A DNA stretch of 64,000 nt. Origin: an uncultured Acidobacteriota bacterium (GTDB lineage Bacteria > Acidobacteriota > Thermoanaerobaculia > Multivoradales > UBA5704). The stretch is from positions 480,001 to 544,000 of the forward strand of contig CAVYRF010000001.1 in the NCBI GenBank assembly GCA_963770895.1, read 5' to 3'. Under the pieces are notes generated by a model. That model saw only the letters and a program-made list of their open reading frames with translations, was not told the DNA's origin and searched no databases. Made by a program: the position numbers and the translations under genes. Shown here piece after piece: positions 1-8,444 of this stretch; position 1 is the stretch's first letter; each line of letters begins with the position of its first letter.

Positions 1-223
1 CGGCTTCCTCCTCTGAAATGGAAACCCCGGCGTCGTAGGTGCCGCCAGCGCCATGCAGCCAGGAGACGCTGTTGTCCTTCTTCGCGATGAAGCCGTCCAA
101 ACTGGAAACCACGTGCAACGTTACACTTCGTCGTGTTGCATCTCCTTCGCTGCGTGCCAAGAGTTCCTCCTTGCTTGGGTCGACACTGGCGCGGCTTCTC
201 CTACGCACCGCATCTTGGGTCAT
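1..223 (-). CDS. Dihydrofolate reductase/RibD C-terminal family protein, 5' part (runs off the window start)
   Basis: Manual minus-strand translation from ATG at 223 gives MTQDAVRR...SVTLHVVSSLDGFIAKKDNSVSWL; the SLDGFIA motif is typical of the RibD_C/DHFR-like family. Not in the ORF track. Confidence 0.7.
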   Translation of the reverse strand, partial: MTQDAVRRRSRASVDPSKEELLARSEGDATRRSVTLHVVSSLDGFIAKKDNSVSWLHGAGGTYDAGVSISEEEA

Positions 224-281
224 GTTAATCTGGTGCCGTTCGCGACCACTTCCTTGGAGCGGGCCACGCCCACCGATCACG

Positions 282-485
282 ATGAAAACACTAGAGATCG
301 AGATTCCTGACCAGCTCGGCCGCCAGATCGAAGAGCTCGTGCGCCGCGGCTGGTTCACCAACGAGAGCGATCTGACCCGCCAGGCGCTCGGCGACTTCTT
401 GCGCCATCACCTTCTCGATCTTCAGGAGCAGCACCAGCTCGGCGACATAGAGTGGGCGCGCAGCCTCAAATCGCAGGCCGAATGA
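282..485 (+). CDS. Ribbon-helix-helix (CopG-like) antitoxin
   Basis: MKTLEIEIPDQLGRQIEELVRRGWFTNESDLTRQAL has the RHH pattern; ATGA overlap with the downstream PIN gene. Confidence 0.75.
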   Translation: MKTLEIEIPDQLGRQIEELVRRGWFTNESDLTRQALGDFLRHHLLDLQEQHQLGDIEWARSLKSQAE

Positions 486-985
486 AGCGGATCGTCTGCG
501 ACACCGGTCCGCTGATTCATCTCTTCGAAGCGAATCTCTTGAACCTCCTGGAGGCCGCTGGGGAGAGTCTCATCCCTCCCGGCGTCGCCGCTGAGCTCGA
601 AGCTGCGGCACCTGACCTGAAGGTTGATGACCTGCCATGGCTGGTCACTCGTCCTCTGCGCCAACCTCACGATGCCCAGGCCAGAGACTGGCACCGCGCT
701 GGTCTGCTCCACTTGGGCGAATCGGAGGCCCTGGCTCTCGCGCAGCAGGAGCAGGCCGGCTGGTTCCTCACCGATGACAGCGCCGCGCGTGTGGTCGCCG
801 AGCAGATGGCGGTCGAGGTGCATGGTTCGCTCGGAGTCCTCCTGTGGGGCGCTGCGACTGGCTTCTTCGTCGATCTTCCCGCCGCAGAAGTGGCACTCGA
901 CCGCCTGCGCAACTCGTCGCTCTGGCTCTCTCCGCGCGTGTTGAGCGAAGCGCGTCGCGCACTCCTCGACCTCCTCACCTCCTGA
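482..985 (+). CDS. PIN-domain (DUF3368/VapC-like) toxin
   Basis: IVCDTGPLIHL, LHLGESEALALA, FLTDDSAAR and GSLGVLL motifs; translationally coupled to the RHH gene. Confidence 0.8.
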   Translation: MKRIVCDTGPLIHLFEANLLNLLEAAGESLIPPGVAAELEAAAPDLKVDDLPWLVTRPLRQPHDAQARDWHRAGLLHLGESEALALAQQEQAGWFLTDDSAARVVAEQMAVEVHGSLGVLLWGAATGFFVDLPAAEVALDRLRNSSLWLSPRVLSEARRALLDLLTS

Positions 986-1106
986 GGCCACGGGGATTCG
1001 GCTCGCGCGGCCAGGGGCGGTGGCTCGGCCGGGCAAACGCTTTGTCACTGCTGGCGCCGGCGCGCCCGTGTTGAGGTTCGACCTTGCCGTCAGTATATTA
1101 GCGATC

Positions 1107-1922
1107 ATGAACCGGAGGCGGTGCCGGCCGACCACGACCCTCGGCTTGTTGGCCCTGATCGCGGCGGCGCTTGCGGGCGGGGCGCGCGCCGCGGCGCCTC
1201 GGGCCGGGGTCTGGTTCTGTGGCGACTTCGAGACCGGCGGGCTCCAGGGGTGGAGCTGGGACATGGCGAGCAGTGAGTCGGCCCAGGTGGTGACCCGGCC
1301 GGTGCGCAGCGGGCGCTACGCGGTGCGCATCACGGTGGCGCCCGGCGATCGGGGCGCCGGCAAGGAGCGGGCCGAGCTCAAGTTGGAGGACAAAGACGTC
1401 GAGCGCGTCCACGGTCGCCAGGGCGGCGACCTCTGGTACGGGTGGAGCCTGTTCATCCCCGACGGCTACGCCGACCCGCCGGAGGATCAGTTCCAGATCC
1501 TCGGCCAGTGGCACCACCGCCCGCCCGAGCCGACGGCCGCGGACCCGCGGCCGCGGGTGGGCGGCCCGCCCCCGCTCTCCCTCCACCTGGTCGCCGAGGA
1601 GGGCCGGCACTTCCTGGTGCTGATCGGCCAGACCTCGCCCAAGGCGCCCCCCCGCAACCTGGGAGAGCACCCGATCCGGCTGGGAACCTGGATCGACCTG
1701 GTATTCCACATCCACTGCTCGACCGGCGCCGACGGCTTCGTGGAAGCCTGGTGCGACGCCCAGCCCTTCACCAAGGGCCGCATCGGCGGCGCGACCCTCT
1801 ACACCCCGACCGCCAACTACCTGCGCCTGGGCCTGTACCGCACCAAGGGCATCGCCACCACCAACCACGTCTTCTACGACGAGGTGCGAATCGGCAGCTC
1901 CTATCAAGCTGTGGCGCCGTGA
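1107..1922 (+). CDS. Secreted polysaccharide lyase-like (heparin lyase I/beta-jelly roll) protein
   Basis: Signal peptide, then GDFETG, ERAEL, WYGWSLFIP, ILGQWH, YLRLGLYR and FYDEVRIG. Confidence 0.7.
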   Translation: MNRRRCRPTTTLGLLALIAAALAGGARAAAPRAGVWFCGDFETGGLQGWSWDMASSESAQVVTRPVRSGRYAVRITVAPGDRGAGKERAELKLEDKDVERVHGRQGGDLWYGWSLFIPDGYADPPEDQFQILGQWHHRPPEPTAADPRPRVGGPPPLSLHLVAEEGRHFLVLIGQTSPKAPPRNLGEHPIRLGTWIDLVFHIHCSTGADGFVEAWCDAQPFTKGRIGGATLYTPTANYLRLGLYRTKGIATTNHVFYDEVRIGSSYQAVAP

Positions 1923-1975
1923 GCCCAGTGGTCGGTGCACTTCGAAGGAGCCGGCCGAGACTTCCATTGAGATTG

Positions 1976-2066
1976 GCAACCACGCTCCGCCGGCCCCCGG
2001 CCCGATCGCGGTCGCGCCGCCAGGCGCGCCGCGATTGGGGCAACAGGAGCCTGCCGGGCCGCGAGA
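1976..2066 (+). repeat. Dispersed hairpin repeat, copy 1
   Basis: Near-identical to 2465-2556; internal stem CCCGATCGCGG(T)CGCGCC-GCCA-GGCGCGCCGCGATTGGG. Confidence 0.9.
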
Positions 2067-2222
2067 TCCGTGCCGTCGGCAAGCCGAGGCCGGTTACGGC
2101 GCCAATGGTTCCGCCACAGCCCCATGCCGCGGCAGGGTCGGATGCAACCCGGCGTCGCACTGTAGTTGCTGAACAGGCCGGCGTGGCGCTCCAGCCCCGC
2201 AAGCGATCGAGGAGAGAACGAC

Positions 2223-2438
2223 ATGAGGCGAACTCGCGTGCTGATGATGGGAATCATGGTGGCGCTGATGATCCTGGCGGGCCGCGGCCAGGCCAGGGCG
2301 GACCTCCAGACCTGCATCGACTTGTGCTATCGGGCAGAGCAGCTCTGCAAGCTCAACTGCGACGGCAACACAACCTGCATCAACACCTGCGAGACGAACT
2401 ACAACACGTGCGTTTTTGACGGCTGCGACCGCGAATAG
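2223..2438 (+). CDS. Small secreted 8-Cys peptide (double CxxxC hairpin scaffold)
   Basis: GGAGAG RBS, signal peptide ending QARA, mature part CIDLCYRAEQLCKLNCDGNTTCINTCETNYNTCVFDGC. Confidence 0.8.
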   Translation: MRRTRVLMMGIMVALMILAGRGQARADLQTCIDLCYRAEQLCKLNCDGNTTCINTCETNYNTCVFDGCDRE

Positions 2439-2464
2439 GCGCCAGAGGCGCGGCGCCGCTCATC

Positions 2465-2556
2465 GCAACGACGCTCCGCCGGCCCCCCGGCCCGATCGCG
2501 GTCGCGCCGCCAGGCGCGCCGCGATTGGGGCAACAGGAGCTTGCCGGGCCGCGAGA
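2465..2556 (+). repeat. Dispersed hairpin repeat, copy 2
   Basis: Direct repeat of 1976-2066 with only a few differences. Confidence 0.9.
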
Positions 2557-2602
2557 CGGGCCGGGCCGGCTGTGTGCAGCTGGCCCGGCTGTGTGCGCAG
2601 CC

Positions 2603-2956
2603 TTACGGTCCAGGCTGGCAGACGCACCTGCGGCCGCCGACGGGGGCCGCGCAATAGATGGTAGGCGTGCAGAACAAGGGCGGACCAGAACTGGCGGGAC
2701 AGGGAGAGAAAAAGGGCTGGCCCTGGCAGACGGTGTCGCTGCAGGTGGTGCTGCAGGCCGCGCTGTCGAGCGCCAAAGGCGCGCTCCACGGCGTAAGCAG
2801 CGGCAGCGCGGCAGGGATCGAGTTGCTCGCCAGGCAGGAAGCGGGTGCGGCCGGGGTCGAGGGGCCGGTGGGCTCGGCCGCGTGGCTCCACCCGGGTAGC
2901 AGTGCTCCCGCCAGCAGCAGGGCAAGGGCGGCGACGGCCAGCGTGCGATGTTTCAT
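2603..2956 (-). CDS. Small secreted Cys-rich prepropeptide (8-Cys core ending CxC)
   Basis: AAGGAG RBS, signal peptide MKHRTLAVAALALLLAG...SHA, Pro/Ala-rich linker, Cys-rich C-terminus. Confidence 0.75.
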   Translation of the reverse strand: MKHRTLAVAALALLLAGALLPGWSHAAEPTGPSTPAAPASCLASNSIPAALPLLTPWSAPLALDSAACSTTCSDTVCQGQPFFSPCPASSGPPLFCTPTIYCAAPVGGRRCVCQPGP

Positions 2957-2974
2957 CCTGCACACTCCTTTCGT

Positions 2975-3012
2975 CTAATAGTATAATAGTGTTCGTTAAC
3001 TAAAAAATGTGA
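2975..3012. promoter_or_regulatory. AT-rich promoter region between the Cys-rich peptide gene and the ArsA-like operon
   Basis: AT island in GC-rich DNA containing TATAAT (+, 2982-2987) and TATACT (-, 2980-2985). Confidence 0.45.
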
Positions 3013-3175
3013 CAGGACCGTTCGCCGGGGGTAGCCCGCAGGCCTGGTGCTCGCCGGCGCCCAGCAGCAGGTAAGCAGATCGATCCGCTCAGTGTCCGGC
3101 AGGTTCGATCGCGGGCAGTGGACGCCGGGCGGCGCCGGAGGTGCCCGCCGGGCGCTCGGGTATAGTGTGCGGCCC

Positions 3176-4360
3176 ATGGACCGGCTTGCCCGCCTTGCGG
3201 GTTTCCAGCTGCTGGTGGTGACCGGCAAAGGCGGCGTCGGCAAGTCGGCCGTGGCCGCCAGCCTGGGCCGGCTGCTGGCGCGGGCCGGGCGCCAGGTGCT
3301 GGTGCTGGAGGTCGATCCGCGCGAAAACCTGCACCAGATGCTGGGCGTGGCGCCGTCGGGCGGCGCCGTGGTGGCGGCTGGCGGCGGGCTGTGGGTGCAG
3401 AACCTGAAGCCCGGCCAGGTGCTGGACGACATCGTGCGCGAGCGGCTGAAGATCGAGATGCTGGCGCGCCGCGTGCTGGCGAGCCCCATCTACCAGCAGT
3501 TCAGCGCCGGTGCGCCGGGCCTGGCCGAGCTGGCGATCCTGGGGCACGCGCTGCGCCTGCTGCGGCGCGCCGGCGATCCCGCGGCGCCGCGCCTGGACCT
3601 GGTGGTGCTGGACGCGCCGGCCACCGGTCACGGTGTGCGCCTGCTGACCGCGCCGCGCCTGGTCGCCGACGTGATCCACGGCGGCCCCTTTGGCGCCCTG
3701 GCCGGCGAGTTGGCCGCCTTTGTCGCCGATCCCGGCCGCTGCGGCATCGTGGTGGTCACCCAGGCCGAAGAGATGCCCGTCGAAGAGGCCCTGGACCTGC
3801 GCCAGGCGCTGGGCCGCCAGCTCGACCGGCAGCCCGAGCTGCTGGTCGTCAACGGCCTCTACCCGCCGCTGCCGGCGGCGCCCGCGGTGCCTGCGATGGG
3901 CGCAGAGCCGGCGGCGGCCCCGCCCGCTGTGGTAGCAGCGCCCGCAGTGCGCGCGGTGCCTGGGGCCGCCGCAGAGCCCGTGGTGCCGGCGTCGCCGGGC
4001 GGTGCGGGGTCGGCGGCATCGCCGGCGCAGGCGCCGGGTGCGCCGGATGCCGGCGTCGCCTCGCCCGACGACCTGCTCGCGCTGTGGCGCCAGCGCCGGG
4101 CGCTCAACGAACGCGAGATGGCCCGCCTGGCCGCCGTCTGGGAAGGGCCGCGGGTCGATCTGCAGCAGTTGCCGCTTGAACGCGGCCCGGCGCTGACCGA
4201 AGCGCTGGCGGCGCGCCTGGACGCCGGCCTGGCCGCGACGGCCGCGACGCCATCGCAGCCAGCCGTGCCAACCGCGGCAGCCAATCAGGCCGGCACGGCC
4301 GCCGCCGGCGATCCGACCGGCCCGGCGGCCGCGACGGACGTTCCGGGGGAGGCGCCTTGA
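3176..4360 (+). CDS. ArsA/Get3-like ATPase, subunit 1
   Basis: P-loop GKGGVGKS, APGLAE and DAPATGH motifs; Ala/Pro low-complexity insert. Confidence 0.85.
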   Translation: MDRLARLAGFQLLVVTGKGGVGKSAVAASLGRLLARAGRQVLVLEVDPRENLHQMLGVAPSGGAVVAAGGGLWVQNLKPGQVLDDIVRERLKIEMLARRVLASPIYQQFSAGAPGLAELAILGHALRLLRRAGDPAAPRLDLVVLDAPATGHGVRLLTAPRLVADVIHGGPFGALAGELAAFVADPGRCGIVVVTQAEEMPVEEALDLRQALGRQLDRQPELLVVNGLYPPLPAAPAVPAMGAEPAAAPPAVVAAPAVRAVPGAAAEPVVPASPGGAGSAASPAQAPGAPDAGVASPDDLLALWRQRRALNEREMARLAAVWEGPRVDLQQLPLERGPALTEALAARLDAGLAATAATPSQPAVPTAAANQAGTAAAGDPTGPAAATDVPGEAP

Positions 4361-5445
4361 ACCTGCTGTCGGACAGCCATCCGCTGCTCATCTTTGTGGG
4401 CTCGGGCGGGGTGGGCAAGACGACTCTGGCGGCGTCGGTGGGCGTGGCGTCGGCGCGGGCGGGGCGCGACACGCTGGTGATGACGTTCGATCCTTCGCTG
4501 CGGCTCAAGGATGCGCTGGGGGTGGGCGACGCGGCGCGCGAGCGCGAGGTGCAGGTGGAGCTGGCGGCGGAGGGGCGCCTCTTTGCCAGCCTGCTGGATG
4601 CGCGGCGCACGTTTGACGCGCTGATCGAGCGCTACGCTCCCGACGCCGAGGCGCGCCGCCGGGTGCTGGACAACCGCTTCTACCAGCACCTGTCGGGGGG
4701 GCTCGGTGGCATCTTGGAATACATGGCGGTCGAGCGGCTCTTCGAGGTGGCGACGGAGGGGCGCTACGCGCAGGTGATCCTGGACACGCCGCCGACGCGC
4801 CAGGCGCTGGACTTCCTGGAGGCGCCGTCGCGCATCATCGGCTTCCTGGACAGCGGCGCGCTCAAGGTGGCGCTGCGCCCCTGGTTTGACGAGCAGGGCC
4901 GGCTCAAGGCGGCGGCGCGCTGGGGCGGGCTGGGCCGCCGCGCCGAGCGCTTCCTGGACGAGGTGGTGGGGCTGGATCTGCTGCGCGACATGGCCGAGTT
5001 CTTTCAGGCGTTCGCGCCGCTGTACACCGGCTTCCGCCAGCGGGCCGCCGAGGTGGAGGCCCTGCTGCGCTCGCGCCGCACGCTGTTCGTGCTGGTCGCC
5101 GGCCCCGGCGAAGAGCGCATCCCCGACACGCTGTTTTTTGCCCGCCGCCTGCAGCAGGCGGGCTACCAGCTGGGGCCCATCGTGGTCAACCGCGTCCACC
5201 CCACCCTGAGCCGCGCCGCCGGGGCTCAGGGTGCCGCGGCGCCCGCGGAGGCCGCCGGCCTGGACCTGCTGGCCTGGCTGGGCGAGCGCGACCGCCGCGG
5301 TCTGGAGCACCTGGACCAGCTGCTGGCCCCCGCCCAGCCGCGGGTCGCCCTGCCGCTACGGCCGACCGAGCCGACCGATCTGGCCTCCCTGGCTGCCATG
5401 GGGGACGACCTCGCCGCCCGCCTGGCCGCCGGATCCGGTCGCTAG
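4357..5445 (+). CDS. ArsA/Get3-like ATPase, subunit 2
   Basis: GSGGVGKTT, FDPSLRL, EYMAVERL and DTPPT motifs; 4-nt overlap with subunit 1. Confidence 0.85.
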   Translation: MNLLSDSHPLLIFVGSGGVGKTTLAASVGVASARAGRDTLVMTFDPSLRLKDALGVGDAAREREVQVELAAEGRLFASLLDARRTFDALIERYAPDAEARRRVLDNRFYQHLSGGLGGILEYMAVERLFEVATEGRYAQVILDTPPTRQALDFLEAPSRIIGFLDSGALKVALRPWFDEQGRLKAAARWGGLGRRAERFLDEVVGLDLLRDMAEFFQAFAPLYTGFRQRAAEVEALLRSRRTLFVLVAGPGEERIPDTLFFARRLQQAGYQLGPIVVNRVHPTLSRAAGAQGAAAPAEAAGLDLLAWLGERDRRGLEHLDQLLAPAQPRVALPLRPTEPTDLASLAAMGDDLAARLAAGSGR

Positions 5446-5461
5446 TGTCCCGGGCGGGATA

Positions 5462-5644
5462 CTAGAAGGTGCAGCCGTTCGTTATCACCGTGCAGTTCGC
5501 CCTGACCGTGGAGGTTTCGCAGTCGCAGGACATGATGCTGGCGAGGGTGGCGCCCGCGGCCGCACGCCGCAGGCTCGACAGGTCGTACAGGGTTTCGCGG
5601 TGCAGCTGAAGGGTGGTGGCCGGCCTGTTTTTGCGCAGTTTCAT
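5462..5644 (-). CDS. Putative lanthipeptide/RiPP precursor peptide
   Basis: AAGGAG RBS; basic leader with LQLHRETL ending AAAG; 29-aa core with 4 Cys and 9 Ser/Thr. Confidence 0.7.
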   Translation of the reverse strand: MKLRKNRPATTLQLHRETLYDLSSLRRAAAGATLASIMSCDCETSTVRANCTVITNGCTF

Positions 5645-5802
5645 GTCGCAGCTCCTTAGGGTTCTCGCCAGGATACCGCAGGATGAGACACAGCGACGGC
5701 GCCACCGCCGCCACCGCCGCCAGTGGCAACGGTGACAGTGCCGGCATCGGCGGCATTGGGGTGGGCGGCCGATGCCCGCGGCGGCCGGGAGAGAGGGCGA
5801 TT

Positions 5803-5854
5803 TTGCCGCAGTGCGTCAAGGACGCTTGACGACTTTGCCGCAGTGCGGTAAGAT
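5803..5854 (+). promoter_or_regulatory. Sigma70 promoter of the phaR-like gene with two palindromic operators
   Basis: TTGACG (5826-5831), 17-nt spacer, TAAGAT (5849-5854); TTGCCGCAGTGCGTCAA (5803-5819) and TTGCCGCAGTGCGGTAA (5835-5851). Confidence 0.8.
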
Positions 5855-5881
5855 TTGTTTCGTTCGAGGGAGGAGGATCGG

Positions 5882-6409
5882 ATGGTCCGTCTGATCAAGC
5901 GTTACGAAAGCCGCAAGCTGTACGACACCGAGGAGAGCCGCTACGTGTCCCTCGAGGAGATCGCCAGCTGGGTGCGCGACGGCCAGGAAGTGCGGGTGGT
6001 CGACAATGCGACCAACGGCGACGTGACCTCGCAGACCCTCACCCAGATCATCCTGGACGAGGGGCGGCGCGGCACCTCGGCGCTGCCGAGCGAGCTGCTG
6101 CACGAGCTGGTGCGGCTGGGCGAGCGGGCGGTGCACACCGGCGTCGAGCAGGTGCAGCACGGCGTCGACCGCCTGGTGCAGGCGTCCATCGACCGCCTGG
6201 GCCCGGTGCGGCGGGCGCGCGAGGAGATGTCCAGCCTGCGCTCGCGCCTCGAGCAGCTGGAAACGTCGCTGGCGGCGCTCGATTCCGAGGTGCTGGTGGG
6301 GATGGCGACGCCGCCTCCGCCGGCGCCGGCCGCGACGGACAGCACGGAAAGCGTGGTGCCGCCGGCTGCGGCGCACTCCGCGGTGGCCGGCGAAGGCCCC
6401 GCGACCTGA
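5882..6409 (+). CDS. phaR: PHA synthesis regulator with PHB_acc_N DNA-binding domain (PhaR-like)
   Basis: IKRYESRKLYDTEESRYVSLEEI...DVTSQTLTQII; strong GGAGG RBS. Confidence 0.8.
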   Translation: MVRLIKRYESRKLYDTEESRYVSLEEIASWVRDGQEVRVVDNATNGDVTSQTLTQIILDEGRRGTSALPSELLHELVRLGERAVHTGVEQVQHGVDRLVQASIDRLGPVRRAREEMSSLRSRLEQLETSLAALDSEVLVGMATPPPPAPAATDSTESVVPPAAAHSAVAGEGPAT

Positions 6410-6550
6410 GGTACCCCTGACCGGGCGGCGCGCCACGGCGCGTGCCGGCGACGTGCCGCCCCGGACCTGACAACTTGCGGTAGCGCCCTTGCGGCGTGGG
6501 CCTGCGGCCCCGCCCCGGCGCCGGCCGCTGATCCACGAAAGAGGTGCACG

Positions 6551-7006
6551 ATGACGACCGACAGCACGCAGGACCGCAAGCTGCAAGACGACGTGAAAGA
6601 CACCGCCCACCGCATCTGGCTGGCCGGGCTGGGCGCCCTGGCCGCCGCCGAGGAGGAGGGCAGCAAGCTGTTCAGCCGCCTGGTCGAGCGCGGCCGCGAC
6701 CTGGAGTCGCGCGGCAAGGTGGAGGTCGACAAGGTGGTCGACCAGGCCAAGACCAAGGCCGGCGACACCTGGAGCGACCTGGGCACCAAGGTGGACGAAG
6801 CCATCTCCTCGGCGCTGCACCGCATGGGCGTGCCGACGCGTGAGGAGATCCGCACCCTGACGCAGCGGGTCGAAGAGCTCAACGCCAAGGTGGAGCAGCT
6901 GCGCCCGCGGGTGACCCCGGCGGCCAACGGCGGCGTCGCCGGCGCCCACGTTGCCGACGACAAGTCGGCGGCCCGCTCGGCCAAGAGCAACGCCAAGGTC
7001 GTGTAA
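6551..7006 (+). CDS. Phasin (PhaF/PhaI-like granule-associated protein)
   Basis: IWLAGLGALAAAEEEGSKLFSRLVERG and MGVPTREEIRTL motifs. Confidence 0.85.
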   Translation: MTTDSTQDRKLQDDVKDTAHRIWLAGLGALAAAEEEGSKLFSRLVERGRDLESRGKVEVDKVVDQAKTKAGDTWSDLGTKVDEAISSALHRMGVPTREEIRTLTQRVEELNAKVEQLRPRVTPAANGGVAGAHVADDKSAARSAKSNAKVV

Positions 7007-8275
7007 GTGGTGCAAGCCGGCGCGGGTTTGGCTCGCAACGGGTCTCCTTCCATCGCGCTGGCGCTTGCCGGGGGCGGTCTGGAGGGCGCCATCTACGAGA
7101 TTGGCGCCCTCCGCGCGCTCGACGAGGCGTGCGACGGCCTGGACCTGAACCAACTCTTCCTGTATGTCGGGGTGAGCGCCGGCGCGTTCATCGCCGCCTG
7201 CCTGGCCAACGACCTGTCGACGGCGCAGATGTGCCGCGCCATCGTGTCGCGCGAGCCGGGCGAGCATCCTTTTGTGCCGGAGACGTTTCTCACCCCCGCC
7301 CTGCACCACCTGTGGCGCGGCGGCCGCGAGCTGCCGCGGCTGTTTGGCGAGGCGATGGCGGAGTACCTGGGCGGCGGCGGCGAAAAGTCGTTCTGGGGGT
7401 CGCTGACCCGGCTGGCGCGGGCGCTGCCGGTGGCGGTGTTCGACAACGAACCGATCCGCACGTATCTCGAAAAGATCTACAACCTCAAGTCGCGCACCGA
7501 CGACTTCCGCCAGCTGGGCAAGCGGCTGGTGATCGTGGCGGCCGACCTGGATTCCGGCCAGCCGGTGCGCTTCGGCGAGCCGGGGATGGATCACGTGCCG
7601 ATCTCGGTCGCGGTGCAGGCCAGCACGGCGCTGCCCGGTCTCTATCCGCCGGTGACCGTCGACGGCCGCCAGATGGTGGACGGCGTGCTGCTCAAGACCC
7701 TGCACGCGTCGGTGGCGCTGGAGGCGGGCGCCCAACTGGTGATCTGCATCAACCCCATCGTGCCGGTCGACACGGCGCACGCCGTCGAAGCCGGCTTGAT
7801 GCCCAACCACAGCCTGGGCGGGCGCGGCCTGCCGAGCGTGCTGTCGCAGACCCTGCGCACCATCATCCGTTCGCGGCTGGAGGTGGGCATGGCGGCGTAC
7901 CGCGACAAGTACGACGCCGACGTGCTGCTGCTGGAGCCCGAGCACGACGACTACATGATGTTCTTCACCAACATCTTCGGCTTCGCCGAACGGCGCGCGG
8001 TCTGCGAGCATGCCTACCGCACCACGCGCCACCACCTGCTGACCCACCGCGACACGATCGCGCCGCTGCTCGCCCGCCACGGTGTCACCCTGCGTGAGGA
8101 CGTGCTGGCCGAAGACCGCAACCTGTGGGAGCAGGTGGGGCTGGACCCGGTGAAGCGCTCGCGCCGCCCGTCCGCCGCGGCGGCCGGCGGCGGCCTGGCG
8201 GTGGTGCGCCGCCTGGACGACGCCCTCAACCGCCTGGACCAGCTGGTCGAGGCGCGCCGCACGCCGCCGGCGTAG
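7007..8275 (+). CDS. Patatin-like phospholipase/esterase
   Basis: GGGLEG oxyanion motif, GVSAG nucleophile, DG motif. Confidence 0.85.
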   Translation: MVQAGAGLARNGSPSIALALAGGGLEGAIYEIGALRALDEACDGLDLNQLFLYVGVSAGAFIAACLANDLSTAQMCRAIVSREPGEHPFVPETFLTPALHHLWRGGRELPRLFGEAMAEYLGGGGEKSFWGSLTRLARALPVAVFDNEPIRTYLEKIYNLKSRTDDFRQLGKRLVIVAADLDSGQPVRFGEPGMDHVPISVAVQASTALPGLYPPVTVDGRQMVDGVLLKTLHASVALEAGAQLVICINPIVPVDTAHAVEAGLMPNHSLGGRGLPSVLSQTLRTIIRSRLEVGMAAYRDKYDADVLLLEPEHDDYMMFFTNIFGFAERRAVCEHAYRTTRHHLLTHRDTIAPLLARHGVTLREDVLAEDRNLWEQVGLDPVKRSRRPSAAAAGGGLAVVRRLDDALNRLDQLVEARRTPPA

Positions 8276-8444
8276 CCGCGCCGCCTCGTCCCCGACGCCC
8301 CGGCGCCCGCCGCCGATCAGCGCGAGCAACGCGATCAGCGCTAACAACGCTTGAACGCGAACGCGCTAACGCTTCTTCGCGAAAGACCTGTTGCGCCCCG
8401 CCCCGCGTGGGGGTATCCTCTGCGCTTCGAAGAGCGCGAGGGAT

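Noticed and set aside
1976-2556. Repeats as a CRISPR array or integron attC sites
   Set aside because: Units are too long and too few for CRISPR and there are no cas genes. They lack RYYYAAC/GTTRRRY ends and no integrase is in the window.
3176-5445. Arsenic resistance (arsA)
   Set aside because: No arsB, arsC, arsD or arsR and no evident metalloid-binding Cys set; the pair fits the non-arsenic Get3-like subfamily.
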